From the IMG/VR virus record IMGVR_UViG_3300024239_000011, positions 124,001 to 188,000 of that record: a stretch of 64,000 nt of DNA; one strand, 5' to 3'. Shown piece by piece: positions 39,694 to 50,287 of the stretch. The first letter of the stretch is position 1, and every line of letters starts with the position of its first letter. The position numbers and the translations under genes are program-made. Below the pieces are notes generated by a model that was given only the letters and a program-made list of their open reading frames with translations, made no database searches and was not told the DNA's origin.

Positions 39694-39701
39694 TATTTAT
39701 A
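39694..39701 (-). promoter_or_regulatory. T4-type late promoter TATAAATA
   Basis: Exact T4 late consensus; TAAATA recurs before more than 20 genes in the window. Confidence 0.7.
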
Positions 39702-41461
39702 ACGGAAGCTCGTTTCGCTGTCCACATCGTTCAAAAACTCGTGGATCACGTTCCTGTCCGTTCACCATGGACGATAGGCGCCCTTGATACTCTTGTCAAA
39801 TAATTTTTCAGTGGTGCTACGCATGCCCGAAACGGTTATGCACCAGCGGGGTATGATGTTTAGCTGTGACGTGCTGGCTTTTAACGATCAATTTTACAAC
39901 ATGATGAAGCATTTCGTTCCGTGCGCCCTCGGGAAACATATTAATGAGTTGACCAATCCCTGCACCCAAGGTGTCTAACACCACGGTATAGGGTATCGAC
40001 GGGTTGTCAGGGAATTCAGCCCCGAATTGGTTGATCGCACTGTCTACCAAGGCAGATAAGCTGGCATAGAGTTCTTCAACGGCATTGGCAATGCGTTCAT
40101 CGGTATCAGTCATACCGATATTTAGTGGATGAGATATTCTGGTTCCGAGAGAGATAGTAAAGGTCGGTAAGCTGTTTTTCATTCATGCCATCACCTGTTA
40201 AAACAGAGTGAGTATAGGCTATTGATTTCCATGCGCAACGAACAGATTCGATCCACAATCTCGGGATCAAGATCAAATTCTTCGCAAATCTGCTCGAACG
40301 TGAGAAGGATACCATCCTTAAGCATCCCAACCGAAGCAGTGCCAATGCTGTCGATGTATTCCCGCTTTGCCTCAAATGCCGTCAGGAATTCACCCTCGAT
40401 AGCGCCTTGACCCTGTGAAGCGACTATCTGATAGATTCGTTCCATCACGAACCCCCGTTAAAGACCCAATGGGAGACGATCTTCTGAAATGCCTTCTGAA
40501 GATTCGTCGGGAGTTTGTCGAACTCGGTGTAGCCCAGGTACGCGCCGGGATTATTCTCGACGTGAATTGCACGCGCTTCAACAAACGCCGCTCGATAGGC
40601 AGCAGTCACCATATTGGGCGGCAGATCAGTGACCAAATTTTCATGGGAGCCTGGGGCGGGTGCAGGCGTGCCGGTGGGGATGTATTTGTCTTCCCCTACC
40701 CACCAAGCACCAAGGCATTCTTCGCGTGCCTTCATGATGGTCAATTCAGGACGCAGGGTGCAAAACGACCGTGGATATTCTTCGGAATGATGTTGCCCAC
40801 GTTTTTGGCACTTCCGGCAGAGCTTAACCATTATAGGTTCTCCAACTCACGGGCAATACGTTCACCCACTTCAATGGGAAGCGGACCTAGGTCGGTCACG
40901 GTCATCTGGATACTAACACGCCGGGCAATAGCCGCAGCTTCTAGATTCGACACCATCGGAACAATACGCGCACCAATGATTCGATGAAGCTGTATATCAA
41001 CCCGAGCAAGATCACAATCACCATAAATGACGGCATAGTCTACCCGATCTACCCAACGGTCTGCGCCACTGGAAAAGAATTGGTTTTTGTCGTTCTGGAT
41101 CAGAAAAAGACGAATCATTGGTTCCTCACGGTGTTACGCAATGGCTGAATGCATTCAGATCAGCCACGTCAATGTCTTCGATACCGGTTACGATCAATGC
41201 GCGCCCACGTGTTTCGTGAACGTCCACATCCCAATATCCAATCAACCAAACCATATCATATGCAGATGCTTCAATCCGTTTAGCGACCGCTTTATCGGTG
41301 GTATATGCGCACACAGGGAAGTACCCGTGCATACCGCCGGGGATATCAGCGCAAATGTTTGGTGTGAATTGCCAAATGTCGGGTTCCGGCAGATTTGGTT
41401 GGGTTGCGCCGTCACCAACGACACTCCCAAGCTTTGCTTGTATATGAAAGACTTTCATTTC

Positions 41462-42259
41462 TTACCAGACGTTGTTTCCAAACGTGACAGCAAACGCAGT
41501 GGCAACCAAGGTGGCACTTAGAAAGAAAATAACTCCTACGTAGGGAACTATTCGTGCGCCAAAATATTGCTGTACGACCAGAAAGGTGTGATGGCTCGGG
41601 CTGAGTAGAAACCCAGCCAGTTCGATGATGTAGAAAAGAAGAAAATACTGCATACCGAAAATTTTTGTCAATAAAACGGTAATTGCAGCATAACGAAAGC
41701 TTTTCCCCAGCAAAAATGACGCTACTACACCAATTGCAGCAGCAATAACGATCCCAGCCGTTGAAATGGTTGCCGTTGTGTATGCCATAATTGGTTCTGA
41801 CAACAGACCTGTAAACCAACCAAAGCAAATAACGACCGACGCTATCGTGATCATCCTCCACTGGATATACGATGAGAGGTCATCGCGTGACGGAAGATGC
41901 TTCATGATCATATAAATCGCAAATCCGGCGCTACTCCATACCATGTTGCTGATAATCAGCGAACCTATTTTTGCTTCTGGAAGGATGGAAAATGCATTTA
42001 GCCCAACAACCCCGAGAAGGATCAGAAAATCTGTCCGCTTAGACCACGACATTTGCGCGTTCTCATCGGTGATGACCACATCTTTAAAATCATCATTTTT
42101 CACACCAAACCAAATGTAGATACCAAGAAACGCTATATACGCAAGCAAAGGCCAAATCATATAACCCATGAATGCTGTATAGGTCAACCCAAGACCCGCC
42201 ATATTGATAATTACGCTTTTTTCAAGCGGACTCCATAAATAATAGTGGAGCTTGGGCAA
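41462..42259 (-). CDS. Multi-TM transporter-like protein, possibly 5'-truncated
   Basis: Hydrophobic; TTG start abutting a terminator hairpin. Confidence 0.5.
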   Translation of the reverse strand: MPKLHYYLWSPLEKSVIINMAGLGLTYTAFMGYMIWPLLAYIAFLGIYIWFGVKNDDFKDVVITDENAQMSWSKRTDFLILLGVVGLNAFSILPEAKIGSLIISNMVWSSAGFAIYMIMKHLPSRDDLSSYIQWRMITIASVVICFGWFTGLLSEPIMAYTTATISTAGIVIAAAIGVVASFLLGKSFRYAAITVLLTKIFGMQYFLLFYIIELAGFLLSPSHHTFLVVQQYFGARIVPYVGVIFFLSATLVATAFAVTFGNNVW

Positions 42260-42344
42260 AAAGAAAGTCTGCCGAGAATACCCCGACAGACTTTCTTACC
42301 TCAACCTTCACAATCCCAGCAATAAATTTGGCCGGGACCATACT

Positions 42345-42527
42345 TTAGGCGTTCTTGGTTTCCTGAATTTCAACACGACGGGTCTTGGCCGCCTTGATGA
42401 TTTCCATGAGAGCCTTGCGGGCGCGGGTGCCAGCCGACTTGTTACCGGCTTCGAACTTGGCGTTCTCGGCGGTGTAGGTGGCGAACAGGGCAGCGAGTTG
42501 ATCGTTAGTAGAAACAGCGTCAGTCAT
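42345..42527 (-). CDS. Histone H1-like (Hc1-family) small basic protein
   Basis: KFEAGNKSAGTRARKALMEI...RRVEIQETKN. Confidence 0.75.
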   Translation of the reverse strand: MTDAVSTNDQLAALFATYTAENAKFEAGNKSAGTRARKALMEIIKAAKTRRVEIQETKNA

Positions 42528-42593
42528 GTCTTTTGTCCTTTGACGTTAAAATGACAGCACTCTTTTACATACGATCAACCACGCATGGCAATT

Positions 42594-43286
42594 TTAATCT
42601 ACATACCGGGCGGGGAATACCTTCGCCCACTTATCCGGGTCGTAAAATTCCCCCGCAATGGATGCCTCGAACATTTCCATCCGAACCTTCAGCATTTCTG
42701 CTGTCGGCATCGGCGGAAATAACGAGATCGGTTTGAGATCGGTCCATTTAGCCCGTCCACGCCCTTGGCGGCATGAAACCGCATATTCGTTCGTCCCATC
42801 CCGACGTTGGATGCGGTTGATCTGATAGATGGTCGTAAACGGGTTGTCTTCTGGCTCAAAAGAGAACAATTTTGACTCGACAACCTTCCGGAGGCTTTCA
42901 GGCATCAGGAGGACACTACCCGCCACATTTTCCCAATACTCACCCACCGGGGAGATCACGCACAAATGTTGCTTCTTGAACCAGTAGGACCGTGCCTTGG
43001 CTTGGGAAGCTGGATCATTCTTCTTGAACATCGCGGCGACAATGTTCTGAACGTGGTCATTTTCAAACCCGTAAGTCCGCAAACTCGGGATCGCTACTCG
43101 CACATCACGCTTTTCGATGTCTTTGAAAGGTAGATCGAAAAACATGTATTGTTGCCAGATTTCCGCATTGGAGAACTGCCGAATAGTGAACTCCATGTTT
43201 TCACCTTCCGGAAACTCCGCGAGACGAATCAGCCACTCGAAAGTGGATGGATCATAGGGGTTTGGGGAGTTGATCCATGTTTTCAT
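42594..43286 (-). CDS. Hypothetical protein coupled to aspS
   Basis: 4-nt overlap with the aspS stop. Confidence 0.65.
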   Translation of the reverse strand: MKTWINSPNPYDPSTFEWLIRLAEFPEGENMEFTIRQFSNAEIWQQYMFFDLPFKDIEKRDVRVAIPSLRTYGFENDHVQNIVAAMFKKNDPASQAKARSYWFKKQHLCVISPVGEYWENVAGSVLLMPESLRKVVESKLFSFEPEDNPFTTIYQINRIQRRDGTNEYAVSCRQGRGRAKWTDLKPISLFPPMPTAEMLKVRMEMFEASIAGEFYDPDKWAKVFPARYVD

Positions 43287-45151
43287 TTCGCGGTCACCTT
43301 GATGTGAAGTTCCTTCAACTGTTCCGGGGTGACTTCAGAGGGTGCGCCCATCATCAAGTCCTGCGCCGAGTTGTTCATCGGGAACGCCACGATCTCGCGG
43401 ATGTTCGGCTCATTCGCCAACAACATCACCATGCGGTCGATACCAGGGGCGATACCACCGTGCGGTGGTGCGCCGTAGCGGAAAGCATTGTAGAGCGCCG
43501 GGAATTTAGTCTGAACCACTGCCGGGTCATACCCAGCAATCTCAAACGCCTTCTCCATCACGTCGATGCGGTGGTTACGGATGGCGCCCGACGACAGTTC
43601 CACGCCGTTGCACACCAAGTCGTATTGATGTGCTTTGATGGTCAGCGGGTCTTGGTTCAACAACGCATCCATCCCACCCTGCGGCATCGAGAACGGGTTG
43701 TGGCTGAATTCGACCTTGCCCGTTTCCTCGTTCAATTCGAACATGGGGAAATCCACGATCCAGCAGAACTGGAAGGATTCCTCATCGTAGTTGTCCGACC
43801 GCTTGGCAGCTTCGACACGCAGCTTGCTTGCCCACTGATACGCCTCTTTCTTCGGACCAGCAATGAACATATATGATGCATCCGGTTTTTCAAATTGAGC
43901 GCATGTAGTTTCATCCATGAAATCCACGGCGATGGACCACATCTGCTCGTCGGTGAAAAACTTTTCCATCGGACCAGAAACGCCGGTCAGCACATGCGGC
44001 TCCGTGCGCGCGTGCGACAACGATTCTTTCCAATCTGTGATCTTGAAGTAGCCAAGACCGGGCATACCCAAATCCTTGGCATAGTTATCCATGTCCTTGT
44101 GCCATTTACCCGTCAGCTTTCCAGCGTCGGCATATACCGGGATGCACAACACAACACCGTTCTTATCGATGACTTCCTGAAGGAACGGTGGCGCATTCGG
44201 TGCAACAACCTCCGTAACATCACGGATATAGATGTTGTCGTCCACACGCAGATCGGGTTTGTCGTTACCAAACAATTGGATAGAAGCATCATAGGTGTAG
44301 GTTCGCCATTCCGGGTTGACGTACCAGTTGGATGTGGGTCCGCAATAACTGACTGAGGTGAATTCCTCGAACACCCGCGATACTACATCCTTGACAACGC
44401 CGAACACCTCTTCTTGGGTAGCAAATGCCATTTCCATGTCAAGCTGGTAGAACTCACCCGGCGACCGGTCAGAACGCCCAGCTTCATCGCGGAAGCACGG
44501 GGCAATCTGAAAGTACCGCTGCACCCCTGAACACATCAGAATTTGCTTGAAAATCTGCGGAGCCTGGGGCAGCGCGTAGAATTTACCGGGATGCAAACGG
44601 GCAGGCACCAAATAATCACGGGCGCCTTCCGGACTAGAAGCCGTCAGAATGGGCGTCTGAATTTCCATGAAGTCCTGGCGTACCATTTCGTTGCGCAGCA
44701 TCCAAATCACGTCGGAACGCAGTTTGAGGTTCTGCTGCATTTTCGGGCGGCGAAGATCGAGGTACCGATACCGCAGGCGAGCTTCGTCCGATGCAGTGAA
44801 ATCTTCATCGTGCAGCGTGAACGGAAGTACCGCCGCCTGATTGAAGATTTCAAACTCTTCCACGACCAGTTCATATTTGCCAACGAACCCGAGTTTTTCG
44901 TTGGTAGTGCCTTCCGGGCGCAGACGCGGCGTTCCGCGAACTTCCACACAGCTTTCTTCACGAATCTTTGCCAGGGCGGCAATGTTCGGGTTGTTGGCAT
45001 CAAGCGCACACTGCATTACGCCATCGTAGTCACGGATGTCCACGAACAACAACCCGCCGTGGTCGCGCACTCGGTGAACCCAACCGCGTAAGGCAACCTT
45101 CTGTCCAACTGAACATGAACCGGGTGAACCAATCGGATAGACGATGTACAT
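43283..45151 (-). CDS. aspS: Aspartyl-tRNA synthetase, probably non-discriminating
   Basis: RDHGG, RLRYRYLDLRR, YALPQAPQ, QIAPCFRDE, GAPPHGGIAPGIDR. Confidence 0.96.
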   Translation of the reverse strand: MYIVYPIGSPGSCSVGQKVALRGWVHRVRDHGGLLFVDIRDYDGVMQCALDANNPNIAALAKIREESCVEVRGTPRLRPEGTTNEKLGFVGKYELVVEEFEIFNQAAVLPFTLHDEDFTASDEARLRYRYLDLRRPKMQQNLKLRSDVIWMLRNEMVRQDFMEIQTPILTASSPEGARDYLVPARLHPGKFYALPQAPQIFKQILMCSGVQRYFQIAPCFRDEAGRSDRSPGEFYQLDMEMAFATQEEVFGVVKDVVSRVFEEFTSVSYCGPTSNWYVNPEWRTYTYDASIQLFGNDKPDLRVDDNIYIRDVTEVVAPNAPPFLQEVIDKNGVVLCIPVYADAGKLTGKWHKDMDNYAKDLGMPGLGYFKITDWKESLSHARTEPHVLTGVSGPMEKFFTDEQMWSIAVDFMDETTCAQFEKPDASYMFIAGPKKEAYQWASKLRVEAAKRSDNYDEESFQFCWIVDFPMFELNEETGKVEFSHNPFSMPQGGMDALLNQDPLTIKAHQYDLVCNGVELSSGAIRNHRIDVMEKAFEIAGYDPAVVQTKFPALYNAFRYGAPPHGGIAPGIDRMVMLLANEPNIREIVAFPMNNSAQDLMMGAPSEVTPEQLKELHIKVTAK

Positions 45152-45154
45152 GGT

Positions 45155-45661
45155 TTATACCTTCTTTGCGGGTGTCGATTTAGTGACAGGGATAATTGTA
45201 CACCAACTACCAGTTGTGTTGTGAATCATGATGTTGTCTTCTAGATCATAATCAAGAGTACCCGTGGGCGCTGTCCGAATCATCGTCCAATCCGATTCGA
45301 ATTCCACGTCATCAATAATTTTCTCATAGGTTTTGGTTTGGCTATGGGGAAGATAACAAGTGATTTTTCGCTGAATCGGAACGTATTCTTCTTCAACAGC
45401 ATTTTGCTCTACCACCACAGTAATTTTTCTCGGAACTGGATCAATTTGATCTGCTACCGCAGGCGTTTTGCATGCAAGCGATTTATCCGCAATCGGATCA
45501 GCTTGAGGACATTTGACCTCAACAATTTTTTCTTTTTCAACAATCTTTTCAACCATTTCTATGCGAGGAAATGCCCATACTGCAATCCCATACCCGCATG
45601 CAAAAGCAGCAACAATAACCAGAATGGCAATTTTAGTAGAAAAAACCTTGGGCATTTTCAT
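45155..45661 (-). CDS. Membrane-anchored hypothetical protein
   Basis: N-terminal TM segment. Confidence 0.6.
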   Translation of the reverse strand: MKMPKVFSTKIAILVIVAAFACGYGIAVWAFPRIEMVEKIVEKEKIVEVKCPQADPIADKSLACKTPAVADQIDPVPRKITVVVEQNAVEEEYVPIQRKITCYLPHSQTKTYEKIIDDVEFESDWTMIRTAPTGTLDYDLEDNIMIHNTTGSWCTIIPVTKSTPAKKV

Positions 45662-46090
45662 AGTCCGCTGGGTTGGGATTTGGTCCCCATGGTAAGGTGT
45701 TGCTACCCTCTGCGCAACCTAAAAAACGTTTGAGCCGTTTATCTGTCCTCTCGGTGCAAATACACGGCTCAAACTGTCACACTTCATCTAATGCATTGAT
45801 TACCGCCCAATGGGCGTTGGCTGCCTCACGAAAAAGCGGAGGAACATCATCGGTATCCCAGATAATGACCATTTCAAGGGCGCCGGGAGTTTGATACATA
45901 ACGTCAGGTTCAAACGTAAGCACGAGAAAAGGTACCTCGCCCGATGAACGCCGAATGCAGTAGGTACCCTTTTCTGTTACCGCACCGTACTCTCCATGAT
46001 CATTTTTTTGAAATGTCACATCAAACTGGTTTATTGATTTCTTTTCAACCGGTTGAAATGTGCATTCCCGAAAGCCATGGTATCCCGGCA

Positions 46091-47083
46091 TTAGTCCTCA
46101 TCACCCCCACCACCAGCGCCAAATCCAAGCTTGCCCTTGTTCGGACGCGCATCATCAGAAGTGAACTTGCGTTCAGACATCTTTTTCAAACGATCAACAA
46201 CCTGTTCAATCGGGTGACCGTAGCACCGGTTGGAAATAATCATTTCCTTCAAGTGAGCAAACGACAAACCCTTACTCAAACCAGCCCAATGTTCCACTTC
46301 GGCATCAGTAAGCGACGGTTCCTTTGTCTTCATGTATAGGATACGTGCTGCTTTGTTCGGGAACGCAATGAACTTTACGGTGTCAAAACGCGAAGGTCGG
46401 TCGATGAAACGCTTGTCGAGGTATTCCGGGTAATTGGTGGTAGCAATGAACACAACATTACCGACTTGGCTTTCACCATCCAGCAGAGCCAGAAATTCAG
46501 ACTCCCCACGATGCTTAACCATATCCTCAAAGTCTTCAAGTAGAACAATGATCTGGCGTTCCGGTTCAATACGACGAACCATCTGCAAGCACCCACGCAG
46601 GTTATCCGGATGGTCACCGTAGATGGCGACATTACCGGCTTCGATCACCGACTTGATGATCAACTGAATGGTTGAGGTCTTACCCGAACCCGGATCGCCG
46701 TGCAGCAAAATGCCGCGCTTATGGATGAAGCCACGCTTGTCGAATTCCGGCTTCAGTGTCCAGAACTTGTTGATCTCGTCAATGACCTCCTTACTGGCAG
46801 TATCCGGTAAGATGATCAATTCATCGGTATCAACAATCTGCTTATCCAGCAAGTAGCCGATCTGCTGTGACTGGGAAGCCTTATAAAGACCCGGCGGTAG
46901 GTTGTCGTGGGTTTCCTTACAACCCCAAAAAAGGCTGTCATTGGACGACCAACGGCGTGAGCCACCGTTGTTCCCGGTGGGGATAAACCGTTCCGGCGGT
47001 ACTTCACCACCATCACTTACCGGCGATAATGCTTTGGGCTGGTTCGAGTTCGACTTACCCACGCGCTCGAAAATATCACTCAT
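46091..47083 (-). CDS. AAA+ ATPase
   Basis: GILLHGDPGSGKTS, LLEDFE, ATTNYPE, RPSRFD. Confidence 0.92.
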   Translation of the reverse strand: MSDIFERVGKSNSNQPKALSPVSDGGEVPPERFIPTGNNGGSRRWSSNDSLFWGCKETHDNLPPGLYKASQSQQIGYLLDKQIVDTDELIILPDTASKEVIDEINKFWTLKPEFDKRGFIHKRGILLHGDPGSGKTSTIQLIIKSVIEAGNVAIYGDHPDNLRGCLQMVRRIEPERQIIVLLEDFEDMVKHRGESEFLALLDGESQVGNVVFIATTNYPEYLDKRFIDRPSRFDTVKFIAFPNKAARILYMKTKEPSLTDAEVEHWAGLSKGLSFAHLKEMIISNRCYGHPIEQVVDRLKKMSERKFTSDDARPNKGKLGFGAGGGGDED

Positions 47084-47198
47084 TCAAGACCCCTCTACAT
47101 GGTCTGTTCCGCTTCGATGGGGTGATCCTATGGTAACGCATGCATTGGTGTCAAAATTAATGTTTTCAAATAAATAGCAGTAATCCATGGAGGTACAC

Positions 47199-48101
47199 AT
47201 GCCGAATCTTCTCAACGAACACCTAAAATCATTTGTATCTTTTGTAAAAACTGCCCATACAAAAGAAAATATCATTGTGGCAGAAAAACTTAATCTTCAG
47301 ATAACGGCTAAAATGCTCAAGGAAAGTATTGATGTACTTGATCCAGAAACCCGTAATCTTTTGAAGGAAGCCGGGAATTCTTTTGTTCGCAATAACCTTC
47401 GCCCCACCCGCAAACCTGAAGTTGACGAAGATTCGAACAGCCTCGGCGGCGATATAAAATCAGGTGCCCTCAAGGGTGCCGCGATGGGCGCGGTGCGTGG
47501 AATTGCGGGTGGACCCACTGGAATGGCGGCGGGTGCTGCGGTGGGCGCGGCAACCGGGGCTGCTGGTGGTGCAGTAGGTCACTTCATGAATAATGAAGAG
47601 TGCGATGTTTGTGATAATGAAGAAGAGGACGAGGATGGTGATGGAAATGCCGACGAAGAAAACCCAATGGTTTCTGCGTATGGCGTATTCAAAAATACCG
47701 ATTCTGCACGTGCGTTTGAACGTGCAACGCCCATGGAACGTCGCGAAATGCTTCAGAATGTCCTTGAAGCACGCTTTGGTGAATCAAAGACAAAAGTCAT
47801 GATTCAAAAGTTGGTCAATATGGGTCTGTTCGAGAATGGTCGTTCTCGCAACCTCGCTCTCGCGGCGATGGCAATTTCGATCATGGAAGCAAAGGAAAAC
47901 TCAACCCCGACCGAAGAAGACCACGCCTACAAAGCCGGGTACGAAGGCAAGCCCTACAACACCAAGAAATGGGGCGAGCGCATGAAGGCTGCGTACAATG
48001 AGGGAAAGAAACACGCTGCCAGTGGTTTCCCCCCGAATTGCCGTCTTGAAGTCAATGACAGCAACAAGGGTTCGGGGACGATGCATCGTCAGTTCAACTG
48101 A
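47199..48101 (+). CDS. Late protein with a Gly/Ala zipper and acidic tract, possibly a virion component
   Basis: TAAATA at 47171, GGAGG RBS. Confidence 0.6.
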   Translation: MPNLLNEHLKSFVSFVKTAHTKENIIVAEKLNLQITAKMLKESIDVLDPETRNLLKEAGNSFVRNNLRPTRKPEVDEDSNSLGGDIKSGALKGAAMGAVRGIAGGPTGMAAGAAVGAATGAAGGAVGHFMNNEECDVCDNEEEDEDGDGNADEENPMVSAYGVFKNTDSARAFERATPMERREMLQNVLEARFGESKTKVMIQKLVNMGLFENGRSRNLALAAMAISIMEAKENSTPTEEDHAYKAGYEGKPYNTKKWGERMKAAYNEGKKHAASGFPPNCRLEVNDSNKGSGTMHRQFN

Positions 48102-48415
48102 TGAGTATAGGCTATCTCATTGCCGCCGGAATTTGCGGACTGCTTGGCGATTGGTTGTGTCAGAAATACGCTGACACAACCGAGCTAGGCTACCTGATTT
48201 TTGCGGCAATCATCTGGGGACCGGGCTGCGCGTTCATATGGAGCCAGATTTTCAAGTCCCATACATGGCTGGGTATATTAACCTATTACACCCCAGTATC
48301 ATGCATCGCGTTTGGATTGATGGGCGTGTTCGTGATGGGGGAACAAATGACTTCGCGTATGTGGGGCGCGGTTCTCCTGGCAATTGCCTCGGTCTATTTG
48401 TCCACGTCGAAATGA
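48101..48415 (+). CDS. Small 4-TM membrane protein (SMR/DMT-like)
   Basis: 104 aa, four hydrophobic helices. Confidence 0.55.
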   Translation: MSIGYLIAAGICGLLGDWLCQKYADTTELGYLIFAAIIWGPGCAFIWSQIFKSHTWLGILTYYTPVSCIAFGLMGVFVMGEQMTSRMWGAVLLAIASVYLSTSK

Positions 48416-48433
48416 AGCATGCCTTTGGAAAAT

Positions 48434-48508
48434 TGGTGCGCCCTGCTGGATTTGAACCAACGACCCTTACTACGTCAAAGTAATGCTCTACCCCTGAGCT
48501 AAGGGCGC
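48434..48508 (-). tRNA. tRNA-Val(GAC)
   Basis: Cloverleaf, loop TTGACGT, CCA. Confidence 0.93.
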
Positions 48509-48603
48509 ATAACCTCTCTTTTGCACGCTACCGAAGCTAGACCTTACCCGAAGGTAAGACGTGTGAGAGGTGTTGTTGGGATTATTTAGCCCAATAGTGA
48601 AAT

Positions 48604-49191
48604 TCAGGTCAATTTAAAATACGGATGGAACGTAGTCGGAAGCATCGCCTTGGCAATCGAACGGGTCCAATTATTGACATATTCACACCACGCGCACTGC
48701 TCTTGGGCAACTTCGTCCCAATAGGTAAAGATAGTGGCATTACCCACATCCATAAAGGCTTCCATTTCACTACCTTCCGGGCGAAGCTTCATTCCCTCCG
48801 ACTTTGCGATGTGTATCATGGGTGAATTCTCTCGCAGGCACATCAGATATGCCCGTTCCACCTTATGGGTCTGTAGCCATCGCAGAGCGGCTTTGAAGAG
48901 GTCATGGGACAGCCCACGTCCTCGATACGCCTCATCAACCGACAAACCGATCTCGGCAGTGCCGCCGTCTTTAAAGATTTCAACGTGGATTGCCGCGACA
49001 ACTTTATTGTCACCGTCATGCATTACCTTGACAACGCCACGTTCAAGGTTAATATTATCCACGTATTTCATGATCGCTTCGTCCGAAACAATACCACCAA
49101 AGCGCATGTGACGATCACGGTCGGATAATTTTAACAAATGGTCTTGATACTGCGTCATTTCCGATGGAAGTAGTTTTCTGACAAACATCAT
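48604..49191 (-). CDS. GNAT acetyltransferase
   Basis: AEIGLSVDEAYRGRGL, ENSPM. Confidence 0.88.
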   Translation of the reverse strand: MMFVRKLLPSEMTQYQDHLLKLSDRDRHMRFGGIVSDEAIMKYVDNINLERGVVKVMHDGDNKVVAAIHVEIFKDGGTAEIGLSVDEAYRGRGLSHDLFKAALRWLQTHKVERAYLMCLRENSPMIHIAKSEGMKLRPEGSEMEAFMDVGNATIFTYWDEVAQEQCAWCEYVNNWTRSIAKAMLPTTFHPYFKLT

Positions 49192-49323
49192 ATGTCCCTT
49201 TCTTATACCCCTTAATAACATGGGTATTTATTGCAGTGCAACATAATACCGGACATAATGTATTGTTTCAAAAAGCACTTGACGTAAAATTCACGGTACT
49301 GTAATCTAATCTGCTGTCTCACG

Positions 49324-50133
49324 GTGATTAATATGCGGATGCCCGGTGAACTTCCCTCGCTTGATGCCATTGAGCGTGATTACGCGACCCTGAAGGAATA
49401 CGCGAAAGACGCGGCGACGTGTGTGCCGGAAGTTTTGCGCCGGAAACGATTTCATAAGCATGTCCCGACCGTCACACAAGAAACGCACCGTTGCTGGGCG
49501 CGTGATCGTTGGATTGCGTTCGAGTCTCTTCCCCGAGTGTTCCGTGAAATGGTGAATGACGACCCGTCCCATCCGGACGAAGCTTTGGACGTTGCGCTCG
49601 CGATGTGGGCAGAGATCGAACACAAAGCCGAACAGGCGATGGATCGTATTCTTGAGTACGAAAGCGCCCTGGTGCAGATTGCAAACCTTCCCGATTGGCT
49701 CAAAGGCGTTTCCTTGCCTGAAATGGAAGCTATCAATTTTCTTCGCGAAGATCGCCTGGAATTGCTGCGCAAGCAATTAGAAGAAGCCGAGCGTCGGCAA
49801 CAGGAACAAAAAGCCCGCGAAAAGCTTGAACGAGGAAAGAAAATCACCCGCTATCAACCGGCAACGGTGATGGAAGATTGGTTGGTCAAGCAGGATAATA
49901 AGTGGAAGCGTTTGAATGAAATCGACAATGAAGTTCGTATGATGCGTCTTCCCCCGCATTTGGCACGGGAAATGCTTGAGAAGAAAAAAGCAGAGGTGCT
50001 TGAGGTTAAGCGCGTCACCCATGTCCGCCCTGCGGGTTTCTATACCTATGACGGCGCCAAGGCAGCGGCTACCGATAATGAAGTGCCGCTAAAATTTCAT
50101 CCCAAGAATTTTCAGCGGGGGAAGAACTCATAG
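49324..50133 (+). CDS. Hypothetical coiled-coil protein
   Basis: 269-aa ORF after a TTGACG promoter. Confidence 0.6.
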   Translation: MINMRMPGELPSLDAIERDYATLKEYAKDAATCVPEVLRRKRFHKHVPTVTQETHRCWARDRWIAFESLPRVFREMVNDDPSHPDEALDVALAMWAEIEHKAEQAMDRILEYESALVQIANLPDWLKGVSLPEMEAINFLREDRLELLRKQLEEAERRQQEQKAREKLERGKKITRYQPATVMEDWLVKQDNKWKRLNEIDNEVRMMRLPPHLAREMLEKKKAEVLEVKRVTHVRPAGFYTYDGAKAAATDNEVPLKFHPKNFQRGKNS

Positions 50134-50287
50134 TGCTATTCGCCATTATGATCCTTTAAAATTAGCCGCATCGCTGGGAGCATGCATTGAATATTCAATG
50201 CTCAAACGCGGCTTTGTTGTTGTTAATTGCCAGTAAACCGCATTTGTGCTAAATAGGTATATACAGAGTATATACCGAGGTCGATCC

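Noticed and set aside
43277-45183. Long plus-strand ORFs opposite aspS (and likewise opposite the tail sheath and dNMP kinase genes)
   Set aside because: Antisense shadows of real genes, with no RBS or motifs
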